Shown here piece by piece: positions 9,326-21,615 of a DNA stretch of 64,000 nt. The stretch lies in assembly GCA_017646765.1 (NCBI GenBank), contig JAGCMD010000074.1:5627-69626 (forward strand). The letters run 5' to 3'. The stretch is from Elusimicrobiaceae bacterium. Its GTDB lineage: Bacteria; Elusimicrobiota; Elusimicrobia; Elusimicrobiales; Elusimicrobiaceae. Numbering within the stretch: the first letter of the stretch is position 1; every line of letters starts with the position of its first letter. The notes beneath the pieces were generated by a model that saw nothing but the letters and a program-made list of their open reading frames with translations, was not told the DNA's origin and ran no database searches. The position numbers were made by a program, and so were the translations under genes.

Positions 9326-10432
9326 TTAGTTTTCACGTGAAAACTCACCCGAAACCACCTGTTGATAAATTTGTTGATAATGTGTTAAATTGTCCGTTAT
9401 TTGAGATGCTTTTTCTAAGGAATTTTCTCCCATTTCTAAACGGGTACTCTCATTTTCAACCAATAGGTTTAAAAAGCAGCTGAGCAGTGTTATATCTTGG
9501 GGCTGAAAAACATACCCGTTTTTGCCATGTTCCACCCAATTAGGCATATCCCCTACATTACTAACTACACAAGGCAAACCGACTTGCAACGCTTCCAGCA
9601 AAGCCAACGGCAAGCTTTCCTCTAAGGAAGGCAAAACAAATACATCTGCCATATTCAAATAGGCGTTTACTTGACTTTGTTCCCCGGCTAAAATCACACA
9701 ATCTTTCATACCGCTTTGCCGGATATATCGTTCCATTTTAGCGCGCTCTTCCCCTTCCCCTACATATATTAAACGCACCTGCGGATGGCGCAACCAAACA
9801 TTGCGAAAAGCCTGTAATAATGTCATAGGGTCCTTAACTCCGGCCAGCCTTGCCACGCATATAAAAACAATAGTTTTCACGTGAAAACCATATCTGGCGC
9901 GTTCTTGTTCACGCAGGGTAATGTCTTTATAAAATTGAGTTTTATCTATACTGTTTGGCAATAAATAGACTTTATTCTTATCATATCGCTGATGTTTAAT
10001 AAGATAATCTGCTGTAGATAAAGACTCCGCCACGGTTAGTGTATCTTGAACTTTTAAAAAACGATCCAATAAACGTAGTAAAAATGGTTTTTTGGATAAA
10101 TCAAAATGAGGAGTAACTATTAGCTTCACTTTTGTTCCGGCACAAGCAAGGCGCGCGTATTCTATCGCGCGAAATAACATTGCATGGACTATATCCGGCT
10201 GAAAAGATTTTACTTCTTCCCGTATTTTTTGAATAACTTTTCCGGGCAATTTACTGTGAATGCTTTTTACTTCTATACCATTACGTTCCATTTCAACCGC
10301 TACATTTCCAAGCCGTTTAATACATAATACTTTTACTTGATTACCGGATTTAGATACGGCTTTCGTTAAAACAGAAAGCGCTTTTTCAGCTCCGCCGGTT
10401 TGCGTGGATGAAATGATATATAAAATCTTCAT
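9326..10432 (-). CDS. GT4 family glycosyltransferase
   Basis: GGAE N-terminal motif, VARLAGVKD, PSLEESLPLALLEAL. Confidence 0.9.
   Translation of the reverse strand: MKILYIISSTQTGGAEKALSVLTKAVSKSGNQVKVLCIKRLGNVAVEMERNGIEVKSIHSKLPGKVIQKIREEVKSFQPDIVHAMLFRAIEYARLACAGTKVKLIVTPHFDLSKKPFLLRLLDRFLKVQDTLTVAESLSTADYLIKHQRYDKNKVYLLPNSIDKTQFYKDITLREQERARYGFHVKTIVFICVARLAGVKDPMTLLQAFRNVWLRHPQVRLIYVGEGEERAKMERYIRQSGMKDCVILAGEQSQVNAYLNMADVFVLPSLEESLPLALLEALQVGLPCVVSNVGDMPNWVEHGKNGYVFQPQDITLLSCFLNLLVENESTRLEMGENSLEKASQITDNLTHYQQIYQQVVSGEFSREN
9328..9345. promoter_or_regulatory. Candidate parS site 2 (variant)
   Basis: AGTTTTCACGTGAAAACT, perfect 18 bp palindrome in the last codons of the glycosyltransferase. 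Confidence 0.75.
9873..9888. promoter_or_regulatory. Candidate parS site 3 (variant)
   Basis: GTTTTCACGTGAAAAC, perfect 16 bp palindrome inside the glycosyltransferase CDS. Confidence 0.75.
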
Positions 10433-10519
10433 ATTTGATATTATAGTATTTTTTTAGGACAAAACAACTTTTTCTCTTTTATACTAAAAAATAAATTTGT
10501 GGGAGGAAAACAGGATATG

Positions 10520-10550
10520 AAAAAAGTGCTTAAAAAATAAGCACTTTTTT
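10520..10550 (-). terminator. Intrinsic terminator of the oxygen-defence operon
   Basis: AAAAAAGTGCTTA-aaaaa-TAAGCACTTTTTT, 17 nt past the rubredoxin stop. Confidence 0.65.
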
Positions 10551-10567
10551 CAAAAACGCCCTAAATT

Positions 10568-10729
10568 TTAATTTTGAGCGGTAAATTGAGCCTTCCCTAC
10601 CCCGCAAACCGGGCATAACCAATCTTCTTTTACATCTTCCCAAGCTGTTCCGGCAGGAACTCCGTTTTCCGGATCGCCTACCGCCGGATCATATACATAA
10701 CCACAAACTTCGCAAACATATTTTACCAT
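10568..10729 (-). CDS. Rubredoxin (53 aa, below the ORF-track cutoff)
   Basis: Translated by hand: [53 protein letters not shown]; two CxxCG motifs; AGGAG RBS. Confidence 0.96.
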   Translation of the reverse strand: MVKYVCEVCGYVYDPAVGDPENGVPAGTAWEDVKEDWLCPVCGVGKAQFTAQN

Positions 10730-10751
10730 ACGAATCTCCTTTTTTTATTTT

Positions 10752-11270
10752 TTAAAATTGATGCGTTGCCCCGGGGGGAACTTTACCTTTTATAACGTGA
10801 TGATAATACTCATAAGTAAGCGGCACGCCCTCGGTATTAAAAACGCCGGCGTCTTTTACCGCACCCACAAAAAGCGTGTGCGTTCCGACGTCAAGCGTAT
10901 GTTCTACTTGCGCTTCTAAATACGACAATGTATGCAAACTAATCAACGGGCATCCTAACTCCCCCGTCGTAAAAGGGGCCTTAGCAAACTTATCAAAATT
11001 GCGCCCGGTGCGAAAACCGAAATTTCCTATAAACGGTAAGGTGGCCTTTTGATCTAAAGGCATGGCCGCAAAACGACGCGTACGAAGTAAAATTTCGTGC
11101 GTGAAACTTTGTTTGTTGACGGAAATAGCTACCCGCGGAGGCTGAGCTGTCACTTGGAAAACGGTATTTAAAATCATACCGTTTTTCTGTTCTCCGTCTG
11201 CAACCGTCACAATATACAAGCCATATGTGATAAATTGCAACCCTTGGTTAATTTGTGCGCATGTCATCAT
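10752..11270 (-). CDS. Flavin reductase-like protein (Hrb N-terminal domain type)
   Basis: ITYGLYIVT, GFRTGRNFDKF and GTHTLFVG motifs; likely start ATGA-coupled to the fprA stop. Confidence 0.85.
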   Translation of the reverse strand: MMTCAQINQGLQFITYGLYIVTVADGEQKNGMILNTVFQVTAQPPRVAISVNKQSFTHEILLRTRRFAAMPLDQKATLPFIGNFGFRTGRNFDKFAKAPFTTGELGCPLISLHTLSYLEAQVEHTLDVGTHTLFVGAVKDAGVFNTEGVPLTYEYYHHVIKGKVPPGATHQF

Positions 11271-12466
11271 ACGTTCAATTTTGCTGTAATTTTCCGGCTG
11301 ATTTCTTCGCCCAGTGCACGGCAATTATTGAGTGCTTCTTCGTCGGGAACAAACGATGTTTTCAAAGCCGGCGTGGCCAGTTCTATTTGCATACTTTCCA
11401 GTGTACGCATCAAATCTTCTATGGGTGCGCCGTTCCAACCGTATGAGCCAAAAGCCGTTCCGATTAAATTCTTTTTACGCAGTCCTTTCAAATAACAAAT
11501 TACATCCGCCATTGACGGAAAAATCTGGCTGTTTAATACCGGCGTTCCAATCAGCAATGCTGCGCTGTCTAATAATTCCAACGCAACATCACTACGATGG
11601 CTATGGTGCATAGAAAGCAGTTTTACTTGCGTGCCGCCGGCGGTAAGCCCGTCGGCGATTTGGCGGGCCATTTTTTCGGTACTTCCCCACATAGAATCGT
11701 ACACAATAACGGCTTTATTCGTCGGACGTTGGGCGGCCCACTTGGCATACAAATTCACAATCTTCGTCGGATCCTTGCGCCAAATAAACCCGTGATCGGG
11801 GGCAATCATTTTGGGAGCAAGTCCCATTTTTTTAACTTGTTCTAAAAATCGCAGTACAATATCCGAGTACGGCAAAACGATATTGGCATAGTATTTTTCT
11901 GCTTCGGTCAACCAGATACGTTCGTCGTTCTCGTCGTCAAAAAGCCGGTTGGTAGCCAGGTGCATACCAAAAACATCGTTACTAAATAAAATGTTTTCTC
12001 TTTCCAGATAAGAAAACATGCTATCCGGCCAATGCAGCATACGCGCTTCCACAAACGAAATGGTATCATCGCCCACATCAATACGGTCGCCGGTTTTGAC
12101 AACCTTAAATTTCAAATCTTTGTGTAAGTGCCCCATTAAATCTTTTAATCCCATGGCCGACACATATACTTCTTCGGGATTAACCGTTTTTACGGTTTCT
12201 ACCAAGGCACCGGAGTGGTCCAATTCCGAGTGATTGGAAATGATAATTTGAATTTTTGCCGGGTCTATGACGCTTTTAATACGCTCCATCATCTCATCGT
12301 AAAATTCGTGTTTTACCGTATCAATAAGCGTGGGTTTTTCGCTGAGAATCAAATAGGCGTTGTACGTCGTCCCCCGATGCGTGGCATACCCGTGAAAATC
12401 ACGTAAATTCCAATCAATAGCTCCTACCCAATATACTTTGTCCGAAATTTTGACCGCCTTCATCAT
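11267..12466 (-). CDS. fprA: Flavodiiron protein (FprA/Roo type O2/NO reductase)
   Basis: HSELDHSG, HWPD, PDHG di-iron ligands plus flavodoxin domain YDSMWGSTE. Confidence 0.95.
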   Translation of the reverse strand: MMKAVKISDKVYWVGAIDWNLRDFHGYATHRGTTYNAYLILSEKPTLIDTVKHEFYDEMMERIKSVIDPAKIQIIISNHSELDHSGALVETVKTVNPEEVYVSAMGLKDLMGHLHKDLKFKVVKTGDRIDVGDDTISFVEARMLHWPDSMFSYLERENILFSNDVFGMHLATNRLFDDENDERIWLTEAEKYYANIVLPYSDIVLRFLEQVKKMGLAPKMIAPDHGFIWRKDPTKIVNLYAKWAAQRPTNKAVIVYDSMWGSTEKMARQIADGLTAGGTQVKLLSMHHSHRSDVALELLDSAALLIGTPVLNSQIFPSMADVICYLKGLRKKNLIGTAFGSYGWNGAPIEDLMRTLESMQIELATPALKTSFVPDEEALNNCRALGEEISRKITAKLNV

Positions 12467-12484
12467 ACGTAGAAAACTCCCTTT

Positions 12485-12871
12485 TTAATCTTCCGCTTGC
12501 CACAACCCGTGTAAATTACAATATTCACGCGCAGTTACTTTTTCGGCCTTTGTTTCAAAAACAGCTTCCGGTTTATCTCCGGGATTTAAGTGTTTACGTT
12601 GTACACGACCGCAGGGTAAACATAATAATTCAATCCACTCAATATGGTGCTCGGCGGTAGAAGGATGTTCTACACTCCCTACCTTTACCTTGTAACCACC
12701 CGGCACTTTTTCAATAACCGGCACGTGTTTTTCAGCAGCACCGTCGCTTGTTCCGGCAATAGCCCGCTTCATAGGCTGCCCGCAGCATACCAACTCTCCC
12801 ACGGCAGCGTGTACCACTTCTATACGGTTGCCGCAAACCGGACAAACAAAAATATCATGTAATTGTGTCAT
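12485..12871 (-). CDS. dfx: Desulfoferrodoxin (superoxide reductase)
   Basis: CPVCGN..CCG centre I; EKHVP, HHIEWI and CNLHGLW centre II. Confidence 0.95.
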   Translation of the reverse strand: MTQLHDIFVCPVCGNRIEVVHAAVGELVCCGQPMKRAIAGTSDGAAEKHVPVIEKVPGGYKVKVGSVEHPSTAEHHIEWIELLCLPCGRVQRKHLNPGDKPEAVFETKAEKVTAREYCNLHGLWQAED

Positions 12872-13116
12872 CCTTTCCCCCTTTTTTATTTCGTCGTAGT
12901 CAAAGTATATAATATTTCAGTGGTAACTAGCCACCCTTTTATTATAAAAAGGCTTTTCTTTCTAACTCAAGCCCAAAAAATGATTAGAATCTATATTTTA
13001 AGCAAAATTAAGCTCTATAAGTTTTTTTATTCATTAAAACAAAAAGGGCTATTTTTAAAAAAATCTTTAATTTAAGCGTCTTTTAATCATTTAAACACCA
13101 TTTCTGTTATTTTTAA

Positions 13117-13150
13117 TTGCCAAACCTTTCAATAAGTGGTAATATATAAT
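13117..13150 (+). promoter_or_regulatory. Putative sigma70 promoter of dnaA
   Basis: TTGCCA-N17-TAATAT, with TATAAT at 13145-13150. Confidence 0.45.
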
Positions 13151-13180
13151 AAGTTATTTTGTAATTAGGATGGTAAAGCT

Positions 13181-14548
13181 GTGCAGAATTTAGAGAAGTA
13201 CCCTCAACTCATCTCTGTTTTTCAAGATATTGAAAATATTATAGGCAAAGATGCATACGATATGTGGTTACGTCCGGCAGAAATAGATTTTGCCGGAAAT
13301 ACGCTTACTATTTTTTTACCCAATCAATTTTGGGGAAATACCATCCGCGAACGATATGAACACACCATTAAAGATGCTTTTTTGAAACATTTAGGCGCGG
13401 ATATTGAACTGGTTTATCAAATTGATGTAAAAACCCCTACCCCAACTGTGACGTCAGCACAAGATGTGTTGCCCGTTCAACCGGTGCAACCGGCGGCTCC
13501 TAAAATCAATCCTTTTGCGTCGCGGTTAAATTCATCATTTACGTTTGAAAATTTTATTGAATCTCCTTCAAACCGTTTTGCATATAAAGCCGCTCAGGCT
13601 GCATCTAAAAAATTAGGCGCGCGGGAAAATAATCCTTTAGTTATTTATTCCTCGCCGGGACTTGGTAAAACCCACTTATTACACGCTATCGGTAACCAAA
13701 TTTTGAAAGACAACCCGTCGGCCAAAGTTCTGTATATGTCCGGTGAAGAGTTTGTAAGTGAATTTATTGACTCTTTACAAAATAAAGTACATGATAGCTT
13801 TCGTAAAAAATGCCGCACATTGGACTGTTTCTTAATGGATGATATTCAATTTGTATCCGGTAAAGAGGCTTGTTTACAAGAATTTTTTGACACATTTAAT
13901 GCCCTGTTTGCCAGTGGTAAACAAATTGTTTTATCGTCCGATAGAACACCCCAACAACTGGAGTGGAATGAGCGGCTTTCTTCACGGTTGTTATCGGGAA
14001 TTACAGCGGAAATTAAACGTCCGAATTTAGAAACCCGTATTGCTATTTTACGTCAAAAGCGTGATTCTATCAACTTTGATATTGGTGATGACGTGTTGGC
14101 GTTTATTGCCGAAGGCGTCCAAACCAATGTACGTGAACTGGAAGGTTCTTTATTTAGGTTAGTAGCCTATTGTAGTATGCACGGAGTAATCCCCTCTATT
14201 GCAATTGCCAGGGAAGTTTTAGCTGATATTTTAGTGTCTAACGATACATTTTCCATTAACGTAAACAGTATTAAAAAGATAGTAGGTAAACACTTTAGTA
14301 TAAAAATGGAAGATTTTAATTCTAAGCGTAAAACGCAGTCTGTTGCGTGGCCGCGCCAAATTGCTATGTTTTTAACTACCGAATTAACCGATTTATCGTT
14401 ACCGGAAATCGGACGGGAGTTTAACCGCGATCACAGCACGGTTGTTCATGCGCGGGATACTGTGAAGGAAAAAATAAACACAGACCCATTTTTTGCCGCT
14501 GAAATTAACCAAATTATTTTGGATATTAAAACTGTGGATAATAAATAA
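13181..14548 (+). CDS. dnaA: Chromosomal replication initiator DnaA
   Basis: GTG start; GLGKTHL Walker A, DDIQF, RLSSRL, domain [11 protein letters not shown]. Confidence 0.97.
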   Translation: MQNLEKYPQLISVFQDIENIIGKDAYDMWLRPAEIDFAGNTLTIFLPNQFWGNTIRERYEHTIKDAFLKHLGADIELVYQIDVKTPTPTVTSAQDVLPVQPVQPAAPKINPFASRLNSSFTFENFIESPSNRFAYKAAQAASKKLGARENNPLVIYSSPGLGKTHLLHAIGNQILKDNPSAKVLYMSGEEFVSEFIDSLQNKVHDSFRKKCRTLDCFLMDDIQFVSGKEACLQEFFDTFNALFASGKQIVLSSDRTPQQLEWNERLSSRLLSGITAEIKRPNLETRIAILRQKRDSINFDIGDDVLAFIAEGVQTNVRELEGSLFRLVAYCSMHGVIPSIAIAREVLADILVSNDTFSINVNSIKKIVGKHFSIKMEDFNSKRKTQSVAWPRQIAMFLTTELTDLSLPEIGREFNRDHSTVVHARDTVKEKINTDPFFAAEINQIILDIKTVDNK

Positions 14549-14717
14549 CAAACAGTGGATAACCGGCTGAAAGAAAAGAAAAAAAGGGGTATAAAATTTT
14601 TAACTGTGTATAATGTGCATATAAAAAGTGGGTTGTACACAGTTAGATTATAAAATTTATAGAGGATAACTCACATAATCCACACTATAAACAGGACATA
14701 ATACAGGAAATATAAAT
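14533..14717. other. Probable oriC (dnaA-dnaN intergenic DnaA-box cluster)
   Basis: TTATCCACA (minus, 14533-41), TTATCCACT (minus, 14554-62), TTATACACA (minus, 14605-13), ATATGCACA (minus, 14614-22), TTGTACACA (14633-41), TAATCCACA (14676-84); AT-rich; gene-strand bias switches near here. Confidence 0.75.
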
Positions 14718-15826
14718 ATGAAAATAAATATTACTAAGTCAGTACTTTTGGAAGGTATCCAAGTTATTTCGGCAGGGGTATCTGCCCGCACTACATTACC
14801 TATTCTGCATAATTTTTTATTAGAAGCTTATAAAGGTAAATTAAAGTTAGTCCGCACGGATATGGAAATGGCCACGGTGCACTTTATAAATGCAGAAGTA
14901 GAAGAAGAAGGTAGTATTACTATTCCGATGAAGGAATTTTCGGATATTATTAAAAATCTTCCTGACGATAAAGAAATCAATTTGACTTTAGATGAGAATA
15001 ATAAATTTCATATTAAATCCGGTAAAAGTAAATTTTGGGTAATGGGTACACCTAAATCGGAATATCCGGCTGTTCCCGAAGTGGCTAGTGAAAACACCGT
15101 AGAATTAGATCCCCTTGAACTACAAAAAATGATTGAAAAAACAGCGTTTTCTGCCTCTACACAAGAAACCCGCTATATTTTAAACGGTCTATTATGGAAT
15201 AATACAGCGGATAAATTTGAAATTGTAGCCACCGACGGCGGACGTTTAGCGATTGCCTCACACGCGGCTTTGCCCGGTTCTGCGCCTTTTAAAATTATTA
15301 TTCCTACTAAAATTTTAAATGAAATTTGCCGGTATATTTCTCTTATTAAACCGGGTAAAGACAGTAAAATAAATGTAAGTGTTTCGGCTAATCAAGTTAG
15401 TTTTGTTATAAACGAAACCACGTTTATTTCCCGTTTAATTGAAGGAAATTTTCCAAACTATAACCAAGTAATTCCGACGAAGAAAAACATCTCTTTTGAT
15501 GTTTTTTCTAAAGAATTATTAGCTTCTACCCGTCGTTCTGCGCTCTGCTCGGACGAGTTTGGAAGTGTTGTTAAATATCAACTGGAAAATAATACACTTA
15601 CAGTTACTTCTAATTCTCAAACGATGGAATTTTCAGATGAACTTCCGGTAGTATATACGGCAGAAAGTTTTAACGCTGCTTTTAACCCGCAATACATTAT
15701 TGATGTACTTAAAAACATTTCATCTGAAAAAGTATCTTTTTCGTTTGTAAATGCTTCGCAGCCGGTACTTGTAGAACCGGTTGGAGACGAAATGTTTAAG
15801 TATGTAATTATGCCGGTGAGAGTGTA

Positions 15827-15827
<1 letters not shown>
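14718..15827 (+). CDS. dnaN: DNA polymerase III beta sliding clamp
   Basis: TTLPILHN, ETRYILNG, VATDGGRL, RLIEGNFPNY, C-terminal YVIMPVRV. Confidence 0.97.
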
Positions 15828-18623
<2,796 letters not shown>

Positions 18624-18687
18624 TTACTGCCGCCGCGGTTTGTTTCCGCGGCGGACAACGATTTGTCTTAATTAGGAGATTTTTAGC

Positions 18688-21210
18688 ATGAGTGAAGAAA
18701 ATACCAATCAACCGCAGTCCCAAGAAGTCAATGTAAACGTGGACTTGTTCGGCGATATCCAACAACGTGATATTGCCAACGAAATGCGTTCGTACTATAT
18801 TGATTATGCCATGAGCGTGATTGTCGGACGTGCTTTGCCCGACGTGCGCGACGGTTTAAAACCGGTACACCGCCGTGTATTGTATTCCATGAACGAAATG
18901 GGCTTAAAATACAATAAAGCCTACAAGAAATCGGCCCGTGTAGTGGGGGACGTACTCGGTAAATATCACCCGCACGGAGACACTGCCGTCTACGATACGC
19001 TTGTGCGTATGGTACAAGATTTTTCGCTTCGCAAACCGTTAATTGACGGTCAAGGCAACTTCGGTTCTATTGACGGAGACTCCGCCGCCGCTATGCGTTA
19101 TACCGAGTGCCGCTTGCAAAAAATTTCCGAAGAAATGCTCGGCGATTTAGACAAAGACACCGTCAAAATGATTCCCAACTACGACGGTTCCTTATTAGAG
19201 CCCTCGGTTTTGCCGGCCAAACTTCCGGCTTTGCTCGTCAACGGATCAGCCGGTATCGCCGTCGGTATGGCCACCAACATTCCTACTCACAACTTAGGCG
19301 AAGTCTGCGACGGCATTATCGCGTATATCAAAAACCCCGACATTACCGTCAAAGAGATGATGAAAATCATCAAAGGGCCCGATTTCCCGACCGGTGCAAT
19401 TATCCGCGGCACCAAAGGTATTTACGAGTATTTTGAAACGGGGCACGGCAGCGTTAAAGTGCAAGCCACGACGGAAATTGAAGAACGCAAACAAGGCCGC
19501 GAAGCCATTATCGTAACGGCTATCCCATATCAAGTAAATAAAACCTCACTTATTGAAAGCATCGTTGGTTTAGTGCGCGATAAAAAAATTACGGATATTT
19601 CCGATATCCGCGACGAGTCGGACCGCCGCGGTATGCGTTTGGTAATTGAAATTAAACGTGACGGAAATGCCCAAGTAGTACTCAATCACTTATATAAACA
19701 CACGCAATTACAAACGTCTTTTCCGGTGAATATGTTGGCCATTGTGGACGGACGTCCGCGCGTGTTGCCGCTTAAAGAAGTGATGAAGGCGTACGTTAAA
19801 CACCGCAAAGAAATCATCACCAACCGCACAAAATTTGACTTAAACAAAGCGCAAAAACGCGAACACGTATTAAACGGGTTACTTATTGCGATTGCGAATA
19901 TGGACGAAGTAGTAGCTATTATCCGCAAAGCCAAAGATCCGACGGAAGCCAAACTGACGCTCATGAAACGCTTTACGCTGACCGAAGTACAAGCGCAAGC
20001 GATTTTGGATATGCGTTTACATCAACTGACGCAACTGTCCGCCTTGGCGATTGAAAACGAGCGCAAAGAATTATTAAAACTCATTGAAGACCTAAAATAC
20101 ATTTTGGGTAATCCGCAAAAAGTGTTGGATATTATTGTGGAAGAACTCACTGACCTCAAAAAAACCTATGGCGATCCGCGCCGCACGCAAATCGGCCCGG
20201 ATATGACGGACTTCTCTATGGAAGACCTCATTGAAAAAGAAGAAGTGGTCATCACTATTTCCAACGACGGTTACGCCAAACGCATTCCGCTCTCTACCTA
20301 CAAGAGCCAAAACCGCGGCGGCAAAGGCATCATCGGCAGCAAAACCAAAGAAGAAGACTTTATGGAACACTTGTTCATTACTTCTTCGCATGCTACCATT
20401 TTGATGTTCACCAGCCGCGGCCGCGTATTTGCCTTACGTGCGTTTGAAATTCCCGAAGGCAATCGTATGTCCAAAGGTAAGGCCATTGTCAACCTCTTGC
20501 AAATCACCGGGGAAGAAAAAGTAACCTCGGCTATCGCCATAGAGGATTTTGACCCGAAACATTGTGAAAATACATACCTCACTATGTGCACGCGTTTAGG
20601 CAGTATTAAACGGGTGGAACTCAGCGAGTTTGCCAACATCCGCCGTACGGGTATTATTGCCATCGGCTTAGATGAAGGCGATGTATTAGTCAGTGTACAA
20701 ACTACCTATGGTAAATCGGATATTTTGGTGGCCACCAAGAACGGAAAATCCATCCGCTTTGATGAAAACCAAGTCCGCGCGATGGGCCGTCCGGCCCGCG
20801 GGGTGCGCGCCATTAACTTGGGCGAAGGGGACGTGGTCGTTGGTATGGAACAAGCTCCTAACGACGGCGGCTTGCAGCCGGATGTGCTTTCCGTATGTGA
20901 AAACGGTTTTGGTAAACGCACCGAATTTAGCGAATATAAACGCCAAAACCGCGGCGGTATGGGTGTTATTACGATTAAGACCTCCGCTCGCAACGGCTCG
21001 GTAGTCGGTATCAAGTTGGTAGATGAAACGAAAGACTTGATGATTGTTACCGAAAAAGGCATGACAATCCGCGTCCGTTGCGGAGATATCCGCTCCGTTG
21101 GCCGCAACGCGCAAGGCGTAACGCTGGCCCGGTTAGAGCCCGGCGATAAGATTGCCCGTATTGCGCCGGTTGTCAAAGACGAAGAGGAGAACGAAGAAAC
21201 CGCACAGTAA
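18688..21210 (+). CDS. gyrA: DNA gyrase subunit A
   Basis: [30 protein letters not shown] active Tyr, GyrA box QNRGGKG. Confidence 0.98.
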   Translation: MSEENTNQPQSQEVNVNVDLFGDIQQRDIANEMRSYYIDYAMSVIVGRALPDVRDGLKPVHRRVLYSMNEMGLKYNKAYKKSARVVGDVLGKYHPHGDTAVYDTLVRMVQDFSLRKPLIDGQGNFGSIDGDSAAAMRYTECRLQKISEEMLGDLDKDTVKMIPNYDGSLLEPSVLPAKLPALLVNGSAGIAVGMATNIPTHNLGEVCDGIIAYIKNPDITVKEMMKIIKGPDFPTGAIIRGTKGIYEYFETGHGSVKVQATTEIEERKQGREAIIVTAIPYQVNKTSLIESIVGLVRDKKITDISDIRDESDRRGMRLVIEIKRDGNAQVVLNHLYKHTQLQTSFPVNMLAIVDGRPRVLPLKEVMKAYVKHRKEIITNRTKFDLNKAQKREHVLNGLLIAIANMDEVVAIIRKAKDPTEAKLTLMKRFTLTEVQAQAILDMRLHQLTQLSALAIENERKELLKLIEDLKYILGNPQKVLDIIVEELTDLKKTYGDPRRTQIGPDMTDFSMEDLIEKEEVVITISNDGYAKRIPLSTYKSQNRGGKGIIGSKTKEEDFMEHLFITSSHATILMFTSRGRVFALRAFEIPEGNRMSKGKAIVNLLQITGEEKVTSAIAIEDFDPKHCENTYLTMCTRLGSIKRVELSEFANIRRTGIIAIGLDEGDVLVSVQTTYGKSDILVATKNGKSIRFDENQVRAMGRPARGVRAINLGEGDVVVGMEQAPNDGGLQPDVLSVCENGFGKRTEFSEYKRQNRGGMGVITIKTSARNGSVVGIKLVDETKDLMIVTEKGMTIRVRCGDIRSVGRNAQGVTLARLEPGDKIARIAPVVKDEEENEETAQ

Positions 21211-21212
21211 TG

Positions 21213-21332
21213 GTTTCCAAATTTGAGTCCTGAGCCGCCGACTTTCGCTTGCGTACTTGCGGTGCTTTGCACCGTCCGCGGGACGTACGCCGCGCTCAAC
21301 TTACGGCGGCTCATCATCTCAAATTTGAAAAC
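21213..21332. repeat. 120 nt long imperfect palindrome right after gyrA
   Basis: Arms 21213-27/21318-32 (14/15 pairs) and 21231-40/21304-13 (10/10); inner GCGTAC/GTACGC and GCGGTGC-ttt-GCACCGT. Confidence 0.7.
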
Positions 21333-21344
21333 ATACCCGAAAAA

Positions 21345-21543
21345 CTAATGGTTATTTCGTAAATTTCGTAAGCACGCACACGGGCACAACTAATCGTTGT
21401 GCCCGTGTTTGCGTGTTCCCGATAAACAAATTTTCACCTTTGGCCGTCTTGCGCGTCCCTGCCCCTTGACGGGATTACCACCACGCCTATACAGGGCACT
21501 TGCCCGTGCAATACGGCTCAAATCTGAAAAATCATATAAACAT
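21345..21543 (-). repeat. Second copy of the composite hairpin repeat at 6336-6532
   Basis: Reverse complement begins TTTATATGATTTTTCA (identical to 6338-6353) and shares the GGGCAAG-TGCCC-ATAGGCGT-GGTA-CGTCAAGGG core and a downstream 13-14 bp hairpin. Confidence 0.8.
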
Positions 21544-21615
21544 CTATTAACCTAATTTAAAAAACTATTTACAAATCTTCGTGAAATTGCTATAAAAGGA
21601 ATAAGGGGAAGTGTC

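Noticed and set aside
9361-9382. Two TTATCAACA DnaA-box-like sites inside the glycosyltransferase
   Set aside because: One-mismatch boxes are expected by chance in AT-rich DNA; no cluster or unwinding region nearby.
14685-14717. DnaA-trio unwinding element next to the last DnaA box
   Set aside because: I could not see a clear run of trinucleotide repeats, so it is not claimed.
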